Source: Paramecium tetraurelia
Taxonomy: Eukaryota
DNA: 64,000 nt
Assembly (NCBI GenBank): GCA_000165425.1
Contig: CT868119.1
Span: 62,001 to 126,000, forward strand
Direction of reading: 5' to 3'
Of the stretch, positions 1 to 13,493 are shown in pieces. The notes under the pieces are model-generated. The model had not been told where the DNA came from. It was given only the letters and a program-made list of their open reading frames with translations, and ran no database searches. Position 1 is the stretch's first letter; the number at the start of each line of letters is the position of its first letter. The position numbers and the translations under genes were made by a program.

Positions 1-882
1 TTTATCTTAACTTTCATCTTCTTCTTTTGGTTTTGCTTATGATTTTGCCTTAGATTTAGGTTATTCTTTATTTTATTAATTGTCTTTTTCTTTTTTCTTC
101 TCTTTTTCCTTAGCCGATTATTAAGGTTTTTCTTAAGATTTACTTTTCGACGTCCCTTTATTTTTGTCTTAACTTTTATTTTATGCCTTATTCTAAGTGT
201 TATTTTAGGATTTATTCTTTTTTTACGATTCTTAGTCATCTTATTATTGTGATTCATTTGCCTGATCTTCTCCTTCTCCTTCTTCAGTATTTTTATTTTT
301 ATTGGTTTTTTATTGTTTTTATTAACTATTTTTTTGAGCTTTTTAATCATCTTCTTCTCCTTCCTTCTAAGATTTCTCTTCGTCTTCACTAAGATTTACT
401 TCCTTTTATTTTGCATTGACAAAATTATATTCAATTGTAATTCTGTCTGCAATAATAGGGATAGTAGAATCATCTAATTAATAGTTTTGTTTTTTTCCTC
501 TTAAATTTTATTTCTAACCTTAATAACTCTATCCATTTAAATTTTACTTTATATTATCGTAATCCCTCTCTTCTCTGGATATGTGATGAGAATGATGATG
601 AAAATGTTGTATTTAAGGTGCTCTATGATGATGACTTAAATGTCTTCTAACATGATAATCATAGTCACTATCATAGTCGCTATCATAATCGCTGTACAAT
701 TATGAATACACATCATAGTCATAATAGTCATCAGGCTCTTGATATTACTTTTTATGACTTTAATAAAACTTATTTTCATTTTTTATATTTCCAAGTTTTT
801 AATTTTACTCTTTAGCCTCTTCATGTGAATTAGAGCCTTATTGGTTATCTTATTATTGTTATTATTGTTATTATTGTTATTA

Positions 883-947
<65 letters not shown>

Positions 948-2902
948 ACTCCTATTATTGTTACTATTATTATTATTATAACTTTTGTTATTGTTACCAT
1001 TATTATTATTATAACTCTTATTATTGTAATTGTTATTCTTGTACATTAAAACTAATTTAATCCTCTTAAATATTTTTAGTCTGTGAATTATCTTAATCAT
1101 CCAAAATAATCTCTTCGACTTTTGCTTATTATTCTATTATCATACCATCTTATTAATTTTATAAATTGAATTCAGATGTATCCTATAATTATAGAATTTA
1201 ATTTTGTTTTTCTTGATTATTATTAGTATGGCTTTATAAAATTGATGGTGTTTGATTGTTATTTTATATTTCATTATTTTAGCTGTTTTAGATTGATGAT
1301 TTACTACCTGTAGTTTACTAATCCTCATTAAATTAAAAAACTTCTACATCTTGATTATCTTAATTTATCCAACTCATTGGATCTTCATAAACAATAAAAT
1401 CAATGTTCTACTAATTATCATTGTCTGTTTACAATAAACTTTATTATTGATCTTTCTTTTAATCACTCTATTAAGTCAGTGCTTCTTCATGTTTATCGTA
1501 TTTTGTTTCCTTCTAAATTTACTCGACATCATCCCTTAAAAATATTTCAGGATCTTGAGGAATATAAACTCCATTTAATGTCTTATATATAGATTTTTCA
1601 TCTAAATTATGAGATAATTATAAAGTTGAAATTTAATTAGAATCATCATCAATTTTATCTTTAATGTTAAAATTTTAAATAGGTTCAATAATCAAATTTC
1701 TATCTTAGTGCACTTCATTAAAGTTTAAAGAACCTTAATATTTAGATTCTGAATCAATTGAATATTATTGTAAAAAGATGCCATTGATTTATAATAGCTA
1801 TTTAATTCTCTCCAAGGATTTACAATTTGATTTTTAAATCAAAACAGCGAAATGATTGATTAGCATATCAGGTTAATATTTTTTCTTAGATTCAATAGAG
1901 AAAATATAATGTTCACATTTTTTAATGTTTTAACCTAACCTAGATTTAATTAGAAATTGTACATTTTTTGGTTTGAATAATATATATGTAACTTTGTGAG
2001 TTATTACATAACTCCTCATGCCATAAATAAATAGTGTTGTTTATTAGAATTTAATCTTGCATACTTATATCGCAGGAATTTGTTTGTATTTTTTAAATAA
2101 TTTCATACTCGCTTTAAACAACAGTATAAAACATATTATTATGTAACTTAAAATCTTAAAGGAATTAATTTTTTGAAAACTAGGCTAAGATTATTTAAAA
2201 TTTTACCTTTTAAGATATTTGCTGGGTATATTTGAAGAATATCTATTTATTCAATAAAGTGCTGTAACTATAAATCAGTTTTGCATTCATGCATTTTACA
2301 AATTCTATTCAATTAATTGAAATTTGTAATAATGTTATTTATTTGGTCTTCTACATTTTATGGAGTTATAAATATTATTTATAGAAAAATTGATTCAGGG
2401 TCATCAGATATTTATCTTAGACTAATTTTACCAAAATCCTTTAGGGCGAATTCTTTAAATGATGGTTGAGAAAATGTAATGATATTGAAATAAATTTGGT
2501 TTTCATCATCTATAATAAATTTAACTTGTTTATGTAAAAGCCCACCAACATAATTGCTATTTATTTAATAATCAGGAAAATTAAAGTACACATTAATCTA
2601 AAGAATAATTTTCATTTTACATCAAACTCTTTGTTAGCTTAAATTATTAGCACATCTTTGTAATTTTATATTTAATTTGTTGAATTGAATGCTATCTAAT
2701 ATGTGGAGTCTGAAGCTTTGATCCCAAACATGTCATTCTCCAATTCCAAAATTTATATGTATTCATCTATTCCATTCTGAATTTCACAAATTAATTTGGA
2801 TTTTATAATTTAGTTTTCTTGATTTAGTTCTTTTGAACCATAAACTGACATCATTAGTATGCAAGCTAGCAGAAAAGTTGTCCGTTTTAAGAAAAATTTC
2901 AT
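1..2902 (-). CDS. Large putative secreted/surface protein with signal peptide and Q/D/E/K/H-rich low-complexity C-terminal half (3' end outside window; exon structure approximate)
   Basis: Code-6 translation starts MKFFLKRTTFLLACILMMSVYGSKE (signal-peptide-like); tiny GT..AG introns; later polyQ, DYDSDYDSDYD and His-rich segments. Confidence 0.7.
850..1035 (-). repeat. (TAA)n/CAA microsatellite encoding polyglutamine
   Basis: Plus strand (TTA)n with TTG/CTA interruptions = TAA/CAA/TAG synonymous Gln codons on the minus strand. Confidence 0.9.
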
Positions 2903-3159
2903 TCAAAGAAATAAAAAAATTAATTATTAATTTAAAAGCAAATAAATTATATGTTCATATTTTAAATTAAAGGAATTAATCCAATTTATGAAAAAGAAAA
3001 TGAACTTCAATAACAATTTATTTTAAAAAGGACATCATCAATCTTTATGAGAAAAATACTTTGGTAAAGTTATAAATAAATCCTTTAAATATCATCAAAT
3101 ACACAAAATTAATGATTAACAAATATATTAAAATTATAAAACCATGGCAATTAATTAAC

Positions 3160-5117
3160 TCATAAATTTTATATCATCTCTTAAACTAATCTATCTCCAT
3201 TTATAATATGTGTTGTACATATTTATATATCCTTTTCTAAGAAATAAGAAATTTAATTACTGTATCGTAGTCCTAACCAACGAATAGCTGCAATTTCACC
3301 ATATGTGACGCCTCCAATAAAGTAAATCACATAAATTTAGTTTGCATCCTCTTTAACTTCTTCAGTTTTATTTTAATTTAGATTTTATTGTATAACAACT
3401 TCCCCTGGCATTTCTTTTAGTGCTTGTAATACTATTGGTCCCCAAGTATTTTTTAGGATTAATTCTTCAAAAATTCGAACTCTCATTAATAAGTAAATAA
3501 TACATTATAGGTGCATATGCCAGAAAAACATAAGAAAAATCCTCTGGGGCATCGTGATCAATATCTTCATTAATCAGACGTAAAGGTTTTTCAATTTTTT
3601 CCCAAATATGAGTATCATTCAGTTTTTTTCCTATTAAACCCATTTTTTCACAATTTTCAAGGGTCATAATGTGCTCAATGCCAAACATATGTAAAATCTC
3701 TCTGCGATAAAAGTCATAGAGTTTGGTCTTCATACCATTCTATACTTAATTGTAAAGACTAAACAATCGAATCACTTTAGTGATGGGGGCCCCAAAAGAA
3801 ATAAGATTTTCGATCATTTATTCAACTTATGATGACTTAGTTTAAAGTATAGCATGCACTTCTTAATTAACGCACATATTAAATAAAATGGTTTCCAACT
3901 ATTTACTTAAGTGTTAACTAACAATAATATCTGTAATAGTGTAAATTATTACGGTCAAGAATAATGTTTTGTTCTTTTGGTAGCACTCGTAATTTGGAAA
4001 GATATTAATTCATATCGCTCATATTCATTTTATTATCTGGTTATTTCATGTCTATAATCGTCTATTTGTTATTCTGTCTCTTTTCTTCAAGAACCCTTTG
4101 ACATTGCTTTATGTTCATAATTTTGATTCCATTGTAATAGGAATCATTAAGTTTCATCGTTTTTGGTCTATCTTTTAAAGCTTAGTCGTTTTTAATAATC
4201 TCTAGATTGATTGAGTTGTGCTTGATAGAAAACACCTCATCAATCAAAGCCTCATAAGTGAATGGAGTCAACATAGGAGTGATGAAGTCTACTTTTCTCT
4301 CTATGATCAAAAGTGTGTGCATTTTAGATTCCTTAAAGCTCATCTCATCTTCAATCAATTCTCCCTATTGTTTTTTTTATTTGAGTATATCAATGACAAA
4401 TTTAGAGAAATTTCCTTTGGCATAGATATTCTTAAACTTGCCATGAACTAACTCCATTCTTTAAATAGACTCAGCAACTGTTTACAAAATAGACATATCT
4501 TGTCCAATATATAATGGTCTAAGACAATTATTCATCTCTAACGAAAGCAAATCGTTTGATAAAGGTATTAGGTCAAAATTGAAATTAGTTATAATCAAAT
4601 CTCCCAAAACAGCCTCTTTTTCTAAATATTCCTTGCATACAATATTCATTCTAGGACATAAGATTAATAAGTATTTTTTATTCAAGTTCTTGAGTTAATT
4701 GTTTCTGATGATTCTTACTATTCGTTTCATGTGTTGTCTATCGTGATTCACAAAGAATATAATCTAATTTACTTCCACATCTAATTAATCAGAATCAAAT
4801 AAATAGATTTATTCAATGCCATTTTCCTTCAAAATCTACATAGATTCAACCACCAAATTAAGCATGTCTGCAATAAATTGATCAATGACAAGCACCTTTT
4901 TGCCAACTAACTAGTTTTTTCATAATATTTGAACTCTTACTTAATTCAATTTATTGATTAACTTTTGTCTCAAATACTTTTGATAAATGGCGGTTTAAAA
5001 GGATGACTAGTACTTCTCAAATTGGCTTAGGTTGACTTTAACTGAATTGGAGGGAACTCCACTTTATTTGACTTTAGATGCCACTTATTCAAATGAGTCT
5101 TTGATAAATTGGAACAT
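3160..5117 (-). CDS. VPS33: Sec1/Munc18-family protein Vps33 (HOPS/CORVET)
   Basis: DLIPLSNDLLSLEM, RKVDFITPMLTPFTYEALIDE, DFSYVFLAYAPI, YFIGGVTYGEIAAIRWL, TTHIINGDRLV; short introns. Confidence 0.9.
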
Positions 5118-5158
5118 TTATTACTTATGAATATTAATAATTTAACGATATTGAAATT

Positions 5159-7214
5159 ATGCTGCAAAAGAAGGACTCAGACAAGGAAAATGCTTCTTAT
5201 AAAGACAAAGATTCATAAAAACAAAGAGTGATAGGAGATTACTTATTAGGTTTGTAGTTATTTCTATTTGAGTGAAAACACTTGGAGTGGGTACTTTCGG
5301 TCTAGTTAAATTGGGTGTGCATTAAATAACAGGAGAGAAAGTCGCCATTAAAATATTGGAGAAGGAGCGAATTGTGGAAGTAGCTGATGTAGAAAGAGTC
5401 TCACGGGAGATACATATTTTAAAATTGATTAGACATAGACATGTTATCCAACTATATGAGGTAAATTTAAGTCTAGACTATGATAGATTATAGAGACTAA
5501 GAAGCATATATTTTTAGTAATGGAATTTTGTGATAACGGAGAACTTTTTGATTACATTGTGAAAAATGAAAAGTAATACCCTTTAATTAATTGATTAGAC
5601 TGGAAGAAGTAGAAGCCTGTCGCATATTCTAAGAACTGATCTCTGGCATTGAGTATATTCACAAACTAAACATCGTCCACAGAGATTTAAAACCTGAAAA
5701 TCTTCTATTAGATCATCATAACCAAATTAAAATAGTAGATTTCGGACTTTCCAATACATATAAAGAAGGCGAATTGCTTAAAACAGCTTGCGGAAGTCCA
5801 TGCTATGCTGCGCCAGAAATGATCGCCGGCCATAAATATCAAAGTATTTTAGTTGATATCTGGTCATGTGGAGTTATATTGTTTGCCACCATTTGTGGTC
5901 AATTACCATTTGAAGATAAACATACAAGTGAATTATACAAAAAGATACTTAATGGGTAGTATACAATGCCATCTCATGTCTCATCAGATGGTTAATCCTT
6001 TATCAGAGGATTATTGAATACAGATCCCAAAAAGAGATTCGATCTTGACTAGATTAAATCTCATCCATGGTTTAAGTTATATAAGAGAGTTCATTCAATT
6101 CCTTAAGGAATTATTATTGGATATAGCCGAATTCCTATTGATGATGACATCGTTGATTAACTTGCTCAAAAAGGATATAATGCTGATTATATAAAGAAAT
6201 GCTTAGATGCTAATAAACACAATAATCTAACTACAGCATATTTTCTCCTTCTAAAAAAGCATTTAATCAAAGGAGGTCAATCAACTGCAGACATTAATTC
6301 ATAAAATTTTAATGAAAAACTGTTGGAACCTGCTACAAGACCTACTAAACGTAATTCATATTTTAATTAATTAGCTCCTATAAGTAATTTATTAGACAGT
6401 TAATTGATGAAAACACTCAAGCATAACAGATCTGGTTCCTGCTAAACTAATTAAAAGTCACATACATAAGGGAGAGGAATGTCTGTACCTTAGGTCGAAG
6501 ATATTAGATCTATATACAATGGATCCAAAAATTATCAGAATTCTTCCTTGTCAATTGAAGTAATCATTCAATCAATGCCTAATAGGATCAGTCCTTTTTA
6601 TTTGAAAGAAACAAATCTTAGTCATTCCAACAGAATAACAATAAGAAAATGCCTACTGATATTTAAATCAATGATGCTTTGAATAAGACTACATACATCA
6701 ACACCAGCAAAAGATCTTCAAATGCATCAACAGTTTCCCCTGGACATCAAAATAAGTTGCTTCAATACTTAAGTACAAAATAATAATAAAATAGAATCAT
6801 CAACTAAGACTACTACTCCAACAGCAGTAAGAGGGAACTCTTAATCAAAAATGCCTTATACTAGTAAGACTACAAAGAATCAAAAGACTTCCTCCTCAAA
6901 TTTTGATAATCACAACAACTCTCTTATTGAAAAAAAGAAAGAAAATAAACCAATTAATTTAGCAGATGCCACCAACATTGAAAACAAGAAAAGATCTTTG
7001 CATATAGAAGGAGTAAGAATAAGATTCTATTATCTAGGATCTCTCAATGCCTGCCAGTACTAAACCGTAGTCAATGCCATATCAATTATGGCTAAAGATG
7101 AATAGTAGAAAAGGATCGAGAGATTATAGTGGGGGAGGATCTAAGACAAAAAAGTCAACTGGAAGTGCCAAAGCTAATACAAATCAGAGCTTTAACTTTG
7201 AAAAGAGGGCATGA
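5159..7214 (+). CDS. SNF1/AMPK/MARK-like (CAMKL) Ser/Thr kinase with UBA-like region and low-complexity tail
   Basis: GVGTFGLVK, VAIK, HRDLKPENLL, DFGLSN, LKTACGSPCYAAPE, DIWSCGVIL; NKHNNLTTAYFLLL. Confidence 0.92.
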
Positions 7215-7378
7215 TTTCCTCTTACATAATTAATTTATTCTTTCCAATTTGTATATTAATTTATATCCATTCGTAAAGAGGAGACCTTTGGAATCACTTA
7301 GACGATTAATTGATGGATTGAAAAAACGCAAAAAATGATCTGTTGATTAAATATACTGACAAATAGCTAATGGTTTGC

Positions 7379-7833
7379 TCATTTTTCTACTTTTCCAAGC
7401 CACAAAGCCAAAAGTGACTTTCCTTTAACTGCAATAATCTTAAATCTGACCCCTGGAATATCACCGACTGCATGTCCCTTTCTTCCGAATCCGGCGACAG
7501 TGACTTCATCGTTTTCATTTAAAAAGTTTAAGCAACCATCCTTTGGGACGAAGGCTGAAATTTTTTTGCCATTCTTTTTTCAATAATACTCTAACACACT
7601 TTCTGACGGCAGAGTTTGGTTATTTGGATTCGCTATTTAGAGTTTATAAGGTAAATTTACACTCCAATCTTTTCAACAACCAAACCTTTAGCATGTGATG
7701 CACCCATAAATGGATTCTTATATCTTGATCCAATCATAGCCTTATTGTATTCCTTATCAGCCCATCTGTTAACTCTTCTGTGATCTTTGAGCTTTCTTCC
7801 GGCTCTCATACCTCTGGGTTTACCAACTCCCAT
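7379..7833 (-). CDS. RPS23: 40S ribosomal protein S23 (uS12)
   Basis: [15 protein letters not shown]...[15 protein letters not shown]...GDIPGVRFK; one 28-nt intron; Gln of KQPNSA encoded by TAA. Confidence 0.97.
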
Positions 7834-7874
7834 GATTAAAAGATTTTAAATAAATTATTTAAATTTTCAGAATA

Positions 7875-7898
7875 TGATTAACACAATATAAAATTGCA
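7875..7898 (-). promoter_or_regulatory. Candidate ribosomal-protein promoter element upstream of RPS23
   Basis: Plus strand TGATTAACACAAT..ATTGCA about 42 nt from the ATG; similar element upstream of RPS30. Confidence 0.4.
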
Positions 7899-7923
7899 TT
7901 AGATAAATGTTAAATATACATAA

Positions 7924-9234
7924 TCATAATTATTTTCTATCATTATAACCTGAATTTCTAACAACTGAATTTCTCCCACTGTTGTTAGTTCCATATGTGC
8001 TATATCCCCCAGGAGCAATAGTGGCTCCTTTAATGGTACTAGTTTCAAATTAGGTAGTGACTCCAGTACCTGATGGTCCAGTTCTTTTAATTTCACTTTC
8101 TTTAGTTACAGTAACTTTGCTTTTTTTCATAGCCTCTAATTATGTTTCTGCCATGGTAAGTTTTTCAGAAATGTCAGAGTTGATTTCATTTTGCTATTTG
8201 AATTTCTTCTTCCATAATTCTACTTCTCCTTGAAGAGAAATAATTTATTATTCTGATTGAGAGAAACTCTCCAATTACATTTCCATTTCCCTTATTCTTT
8301 AATCCAGTGATTCAAGTTCATTGTCTTTGTCATTCATGAGTAATTTTAGTTTCCGAATTTCTTAATCTTTGAATTCATTTTGTTCTTGCGAACTTTTGAG
8401 ATCATCCGTTAGATTGCCTAAAAATGATAATAGATAATAGATATTACTAATTTTCTTTTTCAGTAGTCTGATTTCATCATCTGCTCCTTAATTTTTAGAG
8501 TTGGATTCCTAGAGTTATTTGTATCTTAATTTCCATTGGTCTAATTCATCTTGTAATTATTTATTAGATTGTCTGAGCCCTTATTCTTAAATTTTTAATT
8601 CTTTGTTAGCATTAATAAGTTCATTGATCTGGAATAGTAAGCATAAATACTTTGGAATCATCTTAGACATAGGATATCTAGGGGGCATTTCCTCTGAGTC
8701 TGAGATTTTCTTGTTGAAGATCGAAGAGATAGACCTCCAATTACACTTAAAATCACAAAATTAGATTACTGCATTTGGTTTTCCATCTTGAATCCATATC
8801 ATCTAATGTGACAACTTACAAGGGTCTTTCTTGATGATGCACCTCAGCATTATTTGGTTAAGTAGATGCAATCCTAACTGATGGGGTGATTAGGAGTGGC
8901 TGTGATTGCGTAATGCTTTAGGAAACAACAGGTGTGGTAGCTATTTATCTAGCAGAAAAAGGACTTCCATTTAATATAAATGTAATACGCAATTCCAATT
9001 TTCTGAGATGAATACGATTAGGTTAAGGCTTATTGCTGCTGCTAAGGACTATAAAATAGAGTGTGATCGTACTTGTATTGGAACAGTTCAGATTAACCGA
9101 TGGATCCTTAAGTGCCGTATTGACCTACTCTAGGGGGTCTGATTAGATTGGATGATTAATGGAGTAGTGATTGTATTTGAGAATGATTGTATCCTGCTTG
9201 GCTATGAAATAATTAAGTTGGATAATTACTCCAT
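7924..9234 (-). CDS. Coiled-coil protein, probably cortical/cytoskeletal, with Q/P-rich head and G/S/T-rich tail
   Basis: Open frame after removing five 22-30 nt introns; heptad-rich centre (ELDQWKLRY, EVELWKKKF). Confidence 0.75.
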
Positions 9235-9264
9235 GATGAAATAAGCTGTTATTAAATAATATTT

Positions 9265-10943
9265 ATGTTTAAAGTATATCCCTTAGGGTCTGGTTAAGAA
9301 GTCGGGCGTAGTTGTGTGATGTTTGACCATTTACGATAAAACGATCATGTTGGATTGTGGTTTGCATATGACACATCAAGACAATCGCAGATTTCCAGAT
9401 TTTTCAGTATGAAGGATCTCTATCTAATTAGTTAATCGAGGAGAAATTGGGACGTAAGTACGTTGATTTGGTGTTAATCACACACTTTCACCTTGACCAT
9501 TGTGGTGCATTGCCATATTTCACAGAATTATATGGTTGATTAATATAATAATATTTAGGGAATGGCTATAATGGACCTGTAGTGATGTCTATGCCAACCA
9601 AAGCCTTGTTGCCTTACATGTTAGAAGACTATAGAAGAGTAATGTATTATTCCTATCTCGATAGATTTGGACAATGCCCAAGGAAGATTAACAATTCTAG
9701 CAGCAGTCATCCTAATAGGATTATAGTATCAATCCACAAATTAAAACTGATCCATTATTAATATACGACCATGAAAATATCAAATCATGTGTCAATAAAG
9801 TGTAAGTAATTGGGCTATATGAAACCCAAAACTTTGATGGAGTTGAAGTGACTGCTTATTATGCTGGTCATCTCTTAGGAGCTTGTATGTTTCATGTCAA
9901 ATATAAAAACGTATCAGTTGTCTACACAGGAGATTTACAATTCTATTGCTGATAGACATCTGGGTGGAGCCTATATTGATCAATTGCAACCAGATCTTGT
10001 GATTTCAGAAAGCACTTACGCTACCATCATCAGAGATAGCAAAAGAACGAGAGAGAGAAACTTCTTGATGCATGTCTAAGAAGTTCTTGATAGAGGAGGA
10101 AAAGTCTTAATCCCTGTGTTTGCTTTAGGGAGGGCCCAAGAATTGTCTGTGTTATTGGAATCTTATTGGTAAAGAACGAAATGCAAAGCAGGACTTTATT
10201 ATGCTGCTGGTCTCATTGAAAAGGCCAATTAATATTATAAGATATTTACTGGGTGGGAATCTGAAAAAATATAGTAGTCCTTCTTAGACGATAATATCTT
10301 CAACTTTAAATACATACAACCGTTTGATAGAAATCTAATTAAAAGTCCATTATCAATGGTATTATTGGCTACTCCTGGGATGTTACATGGAGGTCTAAGT
10401 ATGTAGGTCTTTAAAGAGTGGTGTGGGTGTGCAAATAATAGTTTGGTTATTCCTGGCTATTGTGTACCTGGAACCTTAGGAAATAAGCTACTTGCTGGAG
10501 TCAAACATGTTAGAATAGATAATAAAGATTATGATATCAAAATGCAAATCAATAATATGTCATTTAGTGCTCATGCTGATAGCAGAGGAATCATTCAGTT
10601 AGTGAATCATCTTTAACCTAAAAGTATAGCTTTTGTTCATGGAGAATATCACAGAATGAAAACTCTAGGAGCCGAAATTATTGATAAAATCTAAATTAGA
10701 GTTGATTGTCCTGCTAATTTTGAATTGCTTGAGTATGAAAAGATCTTGTCTATCGATCGACCTTTAACCATTAAAGGAGAATTCAATAAGAACATGAAAG
10801 GATATTTGTTGGAATACAAAGGGTAAATGGTTTTGTTATCTGATGAAAACGATATAATGAAAGAAGTAAATTAATTACTAGGAATAATGCAATCAGAATA
10901 GGGATATATGAGGTAATATAAAATCACTGGTCATCTATTGTGA
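9265..10943 (+). CDS. INTS11: Integrator subunit 11 / CPSF73-like metallo-beta-lactamase beta-CASP nuclease, carrying two +1 frameshifts in this sequence
   Basis: [91 protein letters not shown]; extra T at 9322-9324 and 9934-9936. Confidence 0.9.
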
Positions 10944-10965
10944 GTGTAATTAATTTATATATAAA

Positions 10966-12093
10966 TCAATCTCTATAAGTAACAATTGAGAAGCTTTTTT
11001 ATTATCTGCTTTTCGTCTTAGTCCTAACATTTATTGAATGTGATCTCAATTTGGGTAGTTTCAACACATCTCTTTTAATAGTCTATTAGTTCATTAGACT
11101 CTAATGTCTTGGAGTAACTGATTATGTCTGATTCCTGTTTTAAATAAGTGTGTCCATATTGCTATCCAAATCAAATTATTATAAATAAGTAAGCAAACTA
11201 ATGTCATTTAATTTTACTAGGTTTCTGAATCCTTTTTAATATTTAGTTTAATTTATCATCTCATTTGTCTATTTTTATTGCAGCGAGGGTTGTTTTTAAA
11301 GAGTATCCTTCCTTTGCACAGTCTAAAATCTTAAACTGACTCCTGGCTACAATTTGATATCCTAAGTCTATGACTCTATAAATTCAACAATTGTTGTGTC
11401 TTCATTATCCGCTTGTTTTTTTTTGTATCGTATCTACTCTACCAATTTTGGTTTTGATATCACAGTATTATTATCAGACTTAGGTACTTCAAATGGTAAT
11501 GTAGTAATTACATCTTTTTATATTTAATTTTTAGACCTTGCAATAGGATCACAGTTGTAATCGTAAGTATATTCCTTCGATCCTATTTGCATTATCAATC
11601 TATTATATTACTCATTCAATAATCGTTTCTCCTTAGATCGTTCTCTCAAAAGCTATTCCTTATTTGATTTGTCTATACATTTTTATTCCATTATTCTCCT
11701 TTCATTTGGATATTCCTCCACGTACTCTATTGTTTTCTATCTAACCAGTTGGGGTTCATAGTCTTCCCACAATTACATCGGAACCGTAAATTAATGCTTG
11801 GGATACATATCTATTTTGGGTGTTATCCTAACTGAAATTGGTGCTATGTCCTTGATATCATAGGCCCTAAATCTTTCCTTCTGTGTACTCTTGGATTCAA
11901 AATCCTCTATCTCAATATCATTCTGAAAATAAGGATCGAAGCATTTTTAATGCATCACATTAAAGGCCAGATTGACTGTATAAGAAGCACTTGATTAAGA
12001 TTCTAAACTAGCGAATATGTTATCCTCTATTTGAGTCATGATCTTGTTAATCAAGAAAGGGATGATAGTTTCGACTATCTCTAAATATTCCAT
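10966..12093 (-). CDS. Hypothetical protein
   Basis: Continuous code-6 ORF MEYLEIVETIIPFL...YTYDYNCDPI...LQPGVSL...TYRD*. Confidence 0.7.
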
Positions 12094-12204
12094 TAATATA
12101 ATTGAATATCAAATATTATTGCGAATTATCATTATTCAAGGTGCTTTTGCAGGACTAAAATCTTTTAAGCAGAACTTAAAATATAATAATTTGAGTTTAT
12201 TATA

Positions 12205-13413
12205 ATGAATTAAAATGAGGACGACTTATTTTTTATTTTTGTGTAACGAGTTTACGAATTGCTATAATCCAAATAAGTAATCCAAGCCTTAGTGGACAAT
12301 GGGTTTGATTAATGGGAACAGACCAAAGAACTTACAGTTGACATCCTATTATAATTGGGAGTACCCAAGGACAAGGCTGCTTACATAATTTAAATCATAA
12401 ATGAAATTGACAAGCAACCCCTGTCTGCTAAATCCAATTCCAAACCTTTGACTCTAGAATTGATGACCAAGGGTTTAAATAAAAAAAAAGATTATTCAAA
12501 AAGACCACCTCTTAAGAAACAAGATTAATTGTCTGATTGCTGTGTGCTTTCACTTAATGGGCTAGGATTAACCTCATTGAATGATTGCATTTCCATGGCC
12601 AAAGGACTGTAGGTTCTCCACATTTACGATAACAATTTGTAATAGTTAGTATTGTAGGATTTGTAATTCTTGAGAATACTAAATGCATAAAATAACTAAT
12701 TAAAATCAGTTGAGTTTGAATAATTACCCAGTTTAGAGAAAGCATACCTTGATAAGAATTGTCTGACTACTGTTCCAATATTACCAGGTAGATTGAATAC
12801 TCTCTCACTTTCAAGTTAAAATACTAAAGAATTCCAATTCCCAGATGAATCATTTGAATTGGCAGCCTTCTCTTTAATCAATTTGACTTGTGAGAATTCT
12901 AATGTCGAATTTATATTGACTCTAGGTTCCTTGCAGAACTTAGAGTATTTAAATTTGAAAAATAATAAAATTAAAGAATTCGATGTATTTTATCAATTTG
13001 AAATATTTAGGACATAGAAGATTCAATATCCAATCTCCCGAATATAAAAGAAATAGATCTGAGAGGCAATCCAATCACCCAAGTATATAAGTATAGAGAT
13101 AGAATTGTGTTGCTGTGCAAAACTATATGTAAATTTGGAGTTTTATGTTATAGAAACTATTGATAGTAAGACAGTGTTGGCAAATGAACGGCAATACCTT
13201 ATCAATTTAGGAAAGTAAAAGATTTTAAGAAGAAATCAAAGTTTGGAAGGGAAGAAGCAAACAATTCAGAAACCATCTATAAGTGGAGTCAAACAGAAAA
13301 TCCTATCCAATGAAGAATAACGATTTCATTAGTAACAGGGCATATCAAAAACTATTAATTCAGCTAACTATTTCAATGATAACACACCTACAATGCTTAC
13401 TAAACATAAATGA
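12205..13413 (+). CDS. SDS22-type LRR protein (PPP1R42/LRRC67-like) with N-terminal SAM-like helical domain
   Basis: LQVLHIYDNNL, LRILNAQNNQL, LEYLNLKNNKI, IDLRGNPITQVYKYRDRIV (LRR cap); N-terminus ALVDNGFDQWE...LLQLGVP. Confidence 0.8.
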
Positions 13414-13493
13414 AAATAAATATATGTATTTTAAATTATTTCTTTTAATTCACCCATTTTTTAAATTAATTATTTATTAAGAATACTAAAGTT

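Noticed and set aside
783..1100. Poly-Asn ORF in the supplied track
   Set aside because: Wrong frame; interruptions are synonymous for Gln (TAA/CAA/TAG) and the Gln frame is continuous with flanking coding sequence.
9911..9929. 19-nt GT..AG intron that would repair the second INTS11 frameshift
   Set aside because: It would delete the conserved VVYTGD metal-binding motif, so it is unlikely to be the functional splice.
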